DNA from: Octopus sinensis
Lineage: Eukaryota
Direction: 5' to 3'
Assembly (NCBI RefSeq): GCF_006345805.1
Contig: NW_021829243.1
Coordinates: 1-6,732 of the forward strand
DNA length: 6,732 nt
Below are positions 1-6,732 of the stretch, piece after piece. The notes under the pieces were generated by a model. It was not told the origin of the DNA. It worked only from the letters and a program-made list of their open reading frames with translations, and ran no database searches. Every line of letters begins with the position of its first letter. Position 1 is the stretch's first letter. The position numbers and the translations under genes were made by a program.

Positions 1-517
1 GCACTCTCACTCTTTGTATCTCCCTGTATCTCTCCCTCTCTCCTCCTCTCTCTTTTCCCCTCTATTGTTTTGCCTTAATTCCCTCTCTCACTCTCTCATT
101 TTGCACGTCTCACTCTTTGTATCTCCCTGTACCTCTCTCCCTCTCCCCCTCTCTTTTTCCCCTCTATTGTTTTGCCTTATTTCTCTCTCTCACTCTCTCA
201 TTTTGCACGTCTCACTCTTTGTATCTCTCTGTATCTCTCCCTCTCTCCTCCTCTCTCTTTTTCCCCTCTATTGTTTTGCCTTATTTCTCTCTCTCACTCT
301 CTCATTTTGCACGTCTCACTCTTTGTATCTCCCTGTATCTCTCCCTCTCTCCTCCTCTCTCTTTTTCCCCTCTATTGTTTTGCCTTAATTCCCTCTCTCA
401 CTCTCTTATTTTGCACGTCTCACTCTTTGTATCTCCCTGTATCTCCCCCTCTCTCGTCCTCTCTCTTTTTCCCCTCTATTGTTTTGCCTTATTTCTCTCT
501 CTCTCTCTCTCTCTCTG
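1..517. repeat. Pyrimidine-rich minisatellite, ~102-104 bp unit, ~5 copies (probably continues left of the window), ending in a (CT)n run
   Basis: Unit start GCACGTCTCACTCTTTGTATC recurs at 103, 205, 309 and 413 (variant at 1). Each copy contains CCCCTCTATTGTTTTGCCTTA. Confidence 0.95.
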
Positions 518-596
518 TTGCATTGTTTGTCTCTCAGTACTCGTGTTTCTCTTCCATTTTCTCTCTTCAACAAGTTGAAGAAATATGGTTTCTCTT

Positions 597-1333
597 GGAT
601 GGATGGACTGAGGGATGGGGAGTGGGGTGAACAGATGAATGCTTGGATGAATAAATACTTGCATGCATGACTAAATATAGGGTTGAATGACTAAATGCAT
701 AGTAGATGGATGGATGGATGGTTAAATGAATGAATAGATGGAGAACTGGATGGATAGATGGATGGATGAATGGATGAATGGGTGGGTGGCTAAATCGTTT
801 CATGCATGACTGAAAGAAGGATAGATGTATGAATGAATGGATAGATTGCTGGTTAAACGAAAGAATGAATGAATGAATGAATGCATGGATGGGTGAATGG
901 ATGGATGGATGGATGGATGGGTGGATGGATGGATGGATGGATGGATAGATGGACGGACGAACGGTTGGATGGATGGATGGAAGCATAGATAGATGGATTC
1001 TTGAATAGGTGGAGGAATGGATCGATGGATGGATGGATCGGTGAATGGATCGGTGGAAGAATAGATGGATGGATGGATGAACAAAAGGATGGATGGATGG
1101 ATGAAGATGGATTGATAGAAGCTAAATGAATGAATGGATATCTGAAAAGATCAGTGTATGATAGGATGATTGGACGGTTTGATTGTTGCATGCTTGATTG
1201 AATGCCTGGAGGAATGAATAGGTAACTTCATGACTGACTGGATGGATAGATGATTAAATAAATGATTGAACAGATAAGTATATGGAAGGGCATAAGGGTA
1301 AATGATTGAATTAATAAACGGATGGGTAGATGA
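597..1333. repeat. Degenerate tetranucleotide array (GGAT/GAAT/AGAT)n
   Basis: Long runs of GGATGGAT and GAATGAAT, purest at ~890-950 and degenerating toward both ends. Confidence 0.93.
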
Positions 1334-1681
1334 AATAATTACAAGACCGCTGTTGATGCTGTTGGTGTTGCTGTGGTTTAGACCGAGGTCAAAATTGAAC
1401 TGAAGAATCCTATAACAGAAAGCAGTCCTCTGAGACTGTCCTGTGACAGTCTTTTCATACCAAAGTGAACTGCTGTATTTTTTTTCAAGGCTTTTCTGCA
1501 AAACGAAAATTCAAAATATTGTCCATTTTCACCACAAGGGGAAAGAATGATTCCCTACGAAGAGCAAAAGCAGAATACTTTATAAGAATTTTAAATCTGT
1601 TACTAAAGCAGAAATAGTCAACACTACAACTAATGGGGTGTTTCTAGTATCGTGCAGACTTATCGAGCTCAATTTGATTTT

Positions 1682-1939
1682 TTCCAATTCAATTCAATTC
1701 AATTTCTATTGGCTCAAAAAGCAAAAACAAGGCCATGTAGGGGGGCAGGGAGTTATGTACAGGGAGGATGGTCATACAAAGAGTTCAGGCCATTTCTGGT
1801 CAAGAGAGACATTGAACCGAGCGGTCGTCGGCATATTCACTATCTCGTCCGGCAGCTTATTCCACGGATCCGCAACCCGGACGGAGAAAGCCCCTCTCCT
1901 TCGATTGAGATGAAATCGTCGTAGATAGAGCTTTTCGGA
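1682..1939 (-). mobile_element. 5'-truncated CR1-group non-LTR retrotransposon (LINE) 3' end
   Basis: The minus strand encodes the typical CR1/L2-group ORF2 C-terminus, followed by a short 3' UTR and an (AATTG)4 tail (CAATT x4 at 1685-1704 on +). Candidate target-site duplication GATTTT at 1676-1681 and 1940-1945. Confidence 0.88.
1772..1939 (-). pseudogene. C-terminal 55 aa of a CR1-group LINE ORF2 (reverse transcriptase polyprotein), no start codon
   Basis: My translation: [55 protein letters not shown]. It contains the FSxRVxxxWNxLP and FxxxLD motifs characteristic of CR1-group ORF2 C-termini. Stop codon at 1772-1774; not in the ORF track. Confidence 0.85.
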
Positions 1940-2250
1940 GATTTTGCAGAGGGGGAGTCAGATTTCATTCCTGGTTTTAATGTTGAGTACGGAGCAGTTG
2001 CTTTTGGGTTGTTATTTATGACTGAGTATGGGAATATTTAGTGTATGAGATTTTTGTGTTGTGTTTTGTGCTATCGGGGGACAATTGTCTCTATACAGTT
2101 TACCCACATAACATGTGTCTGAAAAAATTAACAGGCAAAGCACTTACATATACAGAATATGAAAACTTCTCCACAAAAAGTTCGTGTTAGTCAGTGCTAA
2201 GATTTTTTAAACATTTCTTTCAAGAGAGGCTGTCTTCAAAGGCGTGGTTG

Positions 2251-2277
2251 TATACACACACACACACACACACACAC

Positions 2278-2350
<73 letters not shown>

Positions 2351-2428
2351 GTGTGGTGTGTGTGTGTGTGTGTGTGTGTGTTTGTGTGGGGGTGTGTGTG
2401 TGTGTGTGTGTGTGTCTGTGTGTGTGTG
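2251..2428. repeat. Compound microsatellite (CA)n-(TA)n-(TG)n
   Basis: About 12 CA units at 2254-2278, TA run ~2283-2350, TG run 2351-2428. Confidence 0.97.
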
Positions 2429-2430
2429 GA

Positions 2431-2674
2431 GGCGCAATGGCCTAGTGGTTAGGGCAGCGGACTCGCGGTCGCAGGATCGCGGTTTCGATTCCCAGACCGG
2501 GCGTTGTGTGTGTTTATTGAGCAAAAACACTAAAAACTCCACGATGCTCCGGCAGGGGGTGGTGATCCCTGCTGTACTCTTTCACCACTCTTTCTCCCAC
2601 TCTTTCTTCTCTTGGCCTGCTCGCTTAGCCAGCGGGGTGGCGTCATTCGAAGGCTAAAAGACAATGCGAACGCA
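2431..2674 (+). mobile_element. tRNA-derived SINE (head and body; 3' end apparently truncated or replaced)
   Basis: Starts GGCGCAA. A box TGGCCTAGTGG (2438-2448) and B box GTTTCGATTCC (2482-2492) have tRNA-like spacing, followed by a non-tRNA body. Resembles an abundant octopus SINE as I recall it. The 3' boundary rests on that recollection and is approximate. Confidence 0.8.
2438..2492 (+). promoter_or_regulatory. Internal RNA polymerase III type-2 promoter (A box + B box) of SINE
   Basis: A box matches TRGCNNAGYGG exactly. B box has one mismatch to GGTTCGANTCC. Confidence 0.8.
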
Positions 2675-2980
2675 GACGGGGCTCTGGTAAAAATCCTCGG
2701 AGTGTCTGTTTCGGCAACCGGCGGCTCCTCGGTCGTTGTGTCCCTGCGTCTGCAGACAATCTGCGGCAAACAGGATATCTCTACATGCGGGATTGTTGAG
2801 GACCGCTTGTGAAATTCATATTCCCACGAAACTTCTTCCACCGCTATGGTTCGAGATGCCTCGAGGGTGGTAGAAGAAGCCGACTCAACCCGCCCAGGGT
2901 GAATGCCGCCACAAGTACAAATAAGAAAGTCTAGAATCACTCCTCCATACTCAGCATCTGAGTTTTCCAGCCCATTTTCG

Positions 2981-3072
2981 TATATATATATATATATATA
3001 TATACCACACAGACACACAGAAACACACAGACACACAGACACACACACAGACACATACACATACACACATAT
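2981..3072. repeat. (TA)n followed by degenerate (CA)/(CACAGA) microsatellite
   Basis: TA run 2981-3004, then CACAGACACACAG-type repeats. Confidence 0.93.
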
Positions 3073-3225
3073 AAAAGGCTACGCTTTTATGGACGTAAAT
3101 ACATTGGTTAGTCTATTACCGGCCATGCCATTAACTTCCTATAAACAGGTTACTGCTCGAACGTTTAGAGTGTGCTTCTCTTTTCGGACAGACAGACAGA
3201 AAGGGAGAAAGAGAGATGCAAGTGT

Positions 3226-3290
3226 ATATATGTGTGTGTGTGTGAGTGTGTGTGTCTGTGTGCGTGCGTGTAAATATATATATGTATAGT
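3226..3290. repeat. Degenerate (TG)n/(TA)n microsatellite
   Basis: Direct inspection. Confidence 0.9.
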
Positions 3291-3336
3291 AATAGATGCA
3301 TTCGTATATGAATATTTCTAAATTTCATACATACAT

Positions 3337-3760
<424 letters not shown>

Positions 3761-3775
3761 ATAGGTGCATACGCT

Positions 3776-3807
<32 letters not shown>

Positions 3808-3808
3808 C
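3776..3808. repeat. (CA)n microsatellite
   Basis: Direct inspection. Confidence 0.95.
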
Positions 3809-4120
3809 TCATACGCACATAAGAAATACAAGAGCAAGATAAAAGCAAAAACAAAATCAAAAATGTAGTGCAAAACGACTGGATGCACCTTTGCACCACG
3901 AATGGAAATATGTTATGAAAGTGCTCATGTGCATAAAAATTGCAATTAACATGTGCACGTGCCTTCATTGTGTCTATAACAACACCAGCTGACAGTTGCA
4001 CTAGGGTCCATCCTATTTTAATCATAATTTATTATTTTTCTGTTGACTTCCATTTTGTTTTGCTGTAGTTCACGTTGTTGATTTCCTTGGTTTCTTTTTT
4101 CTGTCGTGTTTGCGTGTTGC

Positions 4121-4149
4121 TTGTTGTTGTTGTTGTTGATGTTGTTGTT
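4121..4149. repeat. (GTT)n microsatellite
   Basis: Direct inspection; one GAT interruption. Confidence 0.9.
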
Positions 4150-4184
4150 TTGTGTTAAGAGAACTAAATGTGTGTAAGCTTGTA

Positions 4185-4562
4185 CACACACACACACACA
4201 CACATAAATACATATATATGCATATGTATATATATATATATATATTCATAGGTGCATATACATATATACACATATATACATATATGCATATATATATATA
4301 TGCACACATATATATGTGCATATGTATATACATATACAGATACATATATATACTTATACAAATATAGCCATATATACTTATACATGTATATACATGTATA
4401 AGCATATCGATATATATATATATATATCTATATATACACACACATATATATTTCTTTATATGTATATACATATACATATATACCTATACATATTCATATA
4501 CATGTATATACATATATATAAATGCATATATATATGAATATATATATATATATATATATACA
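4185..4562. repeat. (CA)n followed by a long degenerate TA/CA/TG alternating purine-pyrimidine tract
   Basis: TATATACATATATG-type degenerate units over ~380 bp. Confidence 0.93.
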
Positions 4563-4882
4563 TGTGAACGAGAGAAAGATAGCGAAAGAGAAAGGGGGAG
4601 ATAGAGAAAGTGAAAGTAGGAGCATTAAAGTGTCGGAGCGTGTGTGCTCATGTGTATTCGTATTCGTGCTTCTGTCTTCTTGTGTGTCTCTGAGGTTCAG
4701 TTCGGCGAGAACAGCCTCATCTCTTTTTCCCGTCTAATTTATAAGGTTGTTATGAGTTTGTTGTGCTTCGAAGGTGTTTTTGCATTTTGTTGAGATTTCT
4801 ATATTGGTGTTTGCCGCTTAGGAGCGAATAGGAAAGAATAGAATGCGATGCCTGAAATAAGGAAAGGGTTAAAGAGAAAGAG

Positions 4883-4916
4883 ATAATAATAATAATAATG
4901 TGAAAAGAGGGAGGGT

Positions 4917-4956
<40 letters not shown>

Positions 4957-5336
4957 AATAATAATAATGTGAAAAGAGGGAGGGTGGGAGAGAGAGAGAG
5001 AGAAAGAAAGAGATAATAATAGTGTGACAAGAGGGAGGGTGGGAGAGAGAGAGAGAGAGAGAAGGAGATCATGATAATGTGAAAAGAAGGAGGGTGGGAG
5101 AGAGAGAGAGAGAGAGAGAGAAAGAGATAATAATAATGTGAAAAGAGGGAGGGTGGGAGAGAGAGAGAGAGAAGGAGATAATAATAATGTGAAAAGAGGG
5201 AGGGTGGGAAAGAGAGAGAGTGAGATAGGAGAAGGGAGAAGAGAGGAGAGAAGAGATAATAATAATAATGTGAAAAGAGGGGGGTGGGGGAGAGAGAGAG
5301 AAAGAGATAATAATAATGTGAAAAGAGGGAGGGTGG

Positions 5337-5369
<33 letters not shown>

Positions 5370-5370
5370 A
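4883..5370. repeat. Composite minisatellite, 8 copies of (AAT)n-GTGAAAAGAGGGAGGGTGGGA-(GA)n
   Basis: Core GTG at 4900, 4969, 5024, 5079, 5138, 5189, 5270 and 5318. Unit length is 48-81 bp, varying mainly through the embedded AAT and GA runs. Confidence 0.95.
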
Positions 5371-5770
5371 GGCGGAATAGAAATACGTATGAGACGTTGT
5401 CGGTAAAAGTGAATACAGAGAAAAATTGATGAGTGTGAATGCGAGAGAAGAGAGAGATAGAGAAAGATCTGTATGAAGAACAATTGTAAGTGATGAGTAT
5501 AAAACTGAAGAAGGGAGCGAATGAGAGAGAGAAAGAGAGGAAAACTGACAGAGACAAAGACAGAGAGAGATACAGAAAGTGACATTATACACACATAGAG
5601 AAATTGCAAGAGAGAGAGAGAGAGAGAGTAAGTGAAATGTTAGGAAAGAGAGAGAGAGATACTTTTGAAGAGAGAGAGACAGGGAGAGATAGAAAAGAGA
5701 TATCTACGTGTTAAGCAGAGACAGAAAGTGATAGGCAAAGAGAGACTGCGCAGAGAGAAAGAGACAGTGA
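5371..5770. repeat. GA-rich low-complexity region with (GA)n runs
   Basis: Strong purine bias on +; pure GA run at ~5610-5628. Confidence 0.75.
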
Positions 5771-5889
5771 GATGTTAGTTTAGCAGTGAGCAATCTAAAA
5801 GCGGAAGTGAATGGCGAAGGTAAAACCAAAACAGAGTAAAGTATCTGCGAATAGATAACGCGTTTTCAGTTTAGAGGAATGAAATTTGC

Positions 5890-5891
<2 letters not shown>

Positions 5892-5931
<40 letters not shown>

Positions 5932-5974
5932 ATATATATATAAACACGTGTATACATATGTATATATATATATA
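5892..5974. repeat. (TA)n microsatellite immediately upstream of the SINE
   Basis: Direct inspection. Confidence 0.95.
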
Positions 5975-6156
5975 GGCGCAGGAGTGGCTGTGTGGTAAGT
6001 AGCTTGCTAACCAACCACATGGTTTGGGGTTCAGTCCCACTGCGTGGCATCTTGGGCAAGTGTCTTCTACTATAGCCTCGGGCCGACCAAAGCCTTGTGA
6101 GTGGATTTGGCAGACGGAAACTGAAAGAAGCCCGTCGTATATATTAATATATATAT

Positions 6157-6200
<44 letters not shown>

Positions 6201-6424
6201 TGTGTGTATTTGTGTGTCTGTGTTTGTCCCCCTAGCATTGCTTGACAACTGATGCTGGTGTGTTTATGTCCCCGTTACTTAGCGGTTCGGCAAAAGAGAC
6301 CGATAGAATAAGTACTGGACTTACAAAGAATAAGTCCCGGAGTCGATTTGCTCGACTAAAGGCGGTGCTCCAGCATGGCTGCAGTCAAATGACTGAAACA
6401 AGTAAAAGAGTAAAAGAGTAAAAG
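5975..6424 (+). mobile_element. Apparently full-length tRNA-derived SINE with a CORE-like central motif, an internal (TA)n/(TG)n microsatellite and an (AGTAAAAG)3 tail
   Basis: Starts GGCGCAGGAG; A box TGGCTGTGTGG (5985-5995); degenerate B box GGTTCAGTCCC (6028-6038). CTTGGGCAAGT (6051-6061) matches the CORE-SINE/MIR motif CCTTGGGCAAGT. Internal TA/TG run ~6138-6230; tail AGTAAAAG x3 at 6401-6424; TA-rich repeats on both flanks. Resembles an abundant octopus SINE as I recall it. Confidence 0.9.
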
Positions 6425-6732
6425 ATATGTATATATATATATAATGTACGTATGTATGTATTTATACCAATTATATACGTTTTAAATATTATTTTTTTTT
6501 GCAATTTTACATAATCATTGATATGTTATTGTTATTTTAATGTTAATATTTCTTTATAGGTAATTTTCTAGATGGTTTAATTTAATTGTTCACTTTGAAT
6601 TGATAAAAGGTGGGGGTTTTTTTCTAATTTATATATATTATATAATATATATTACAATATGTTACATTACTCGGTAGTCAAGATTAAACTCTGAGTTTCA
6701 GATGCCGAAGTGGAAATCCACAACACCATCTC

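Larger units (their letters stand above)
1382..1986 (+). pseudogene. Possible degraded immunoglobulin-like domain exon interrupted by the CR1 insertion (speculative)
   Basis: Removing the CR1 and one A of 1462-1464 gives a ~115-codon frame with one internal TGA (1548-1550) and Cys codons at 1442 and 1653, 70 residues apart. The canonical Trp and the D-x-G-x-Y-x-C motif are not conserved. Confidence 0.2.

Noticed and set aside
564-581. Palindrome TCTTCAAC-AA-GTTGAAGA at the pyrimidine-to-purine strand switch
   Set aside because: Only 8-bp arms, compatible with chance in 6.7 kb, and no other support.
1400-1421. Hammerhead ribozyme-like CTGAAGA...GAAA
   Set aside because: The intervening ATCCTATAACA cannot form stem II, and no convincing stems I and III flank it.
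14-1501. Long ORFs rich in S/L/F/P, IHPS or MDGW-type repeats
   Set aside because: Translations of the CT-rich minisatellite and the GGAT array; open in several frames at once, with no domain content.
2142-2230. Possible minus-strand exon ending at a GTAAGT donor
   Set aside because: No good polypyrimidine acceptor and only a short uninformative peptide (LTNTNFLWRSFHILY).
2431-2503. Possible tRNA gene
   Set aside because: A and B boxes are present, but the anticodon arm does not pair cleanly, there is no good acceptor stem or adjacent terminator, and a SINE body follows.
4750-4851. Possible minus-strand exon after the TTTCAG acceptor
   Set aside because: The pyrimidine tract comes from the GA repeat, all three frames stop within ~35 codons, and no product is recognisable.
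4883-5370. CRISPR-like repeat/spacer appearance
   Set aside because: The spacers are near-identical GA/AAT microsatellites rather than unique sequences; the context is eukaryotic and there are no cas genes.

Overview
Repeat-dense eukaryotic DNA with no intact protein-coding gene. Most long ORFs in the track are translations of simple repeats, and the rest lie over mobile-element fragments or short unique stretches with no recognisable product. The density of TA/CA/GA/GATA/GGAT microsatellites and two tRNA-derived SINEs resembling families I recall from octopus suggest a cephalopod genome (recognition, not a database result). Supported features: a ~103-bp pyrimidine-rich minisatellite (1-517); a degenerate GGAT/GAAT array; a 5'-truncated CR1-group LINE 3' end on the minus strand (ORF2 C-terminus, 3' UTR, (AATTG)4 tail, candidate 6-bp TSD); two + strand tRNA-derived SINEs (from 2431 and 5975); a GATA/GACA array; and an 8-copy composite minisatellite (4883-5370). 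The best leads, all speculative: a degraded Ig-like exon interrupted by the CR1; a SINE head joined to an unexplained GC-rich segment that could form one ~540-nt Pol III unit; and a dense E-box/TGCAC cluster at ~3868-4001. I cannot support a genuinely new biological system from this window alone.
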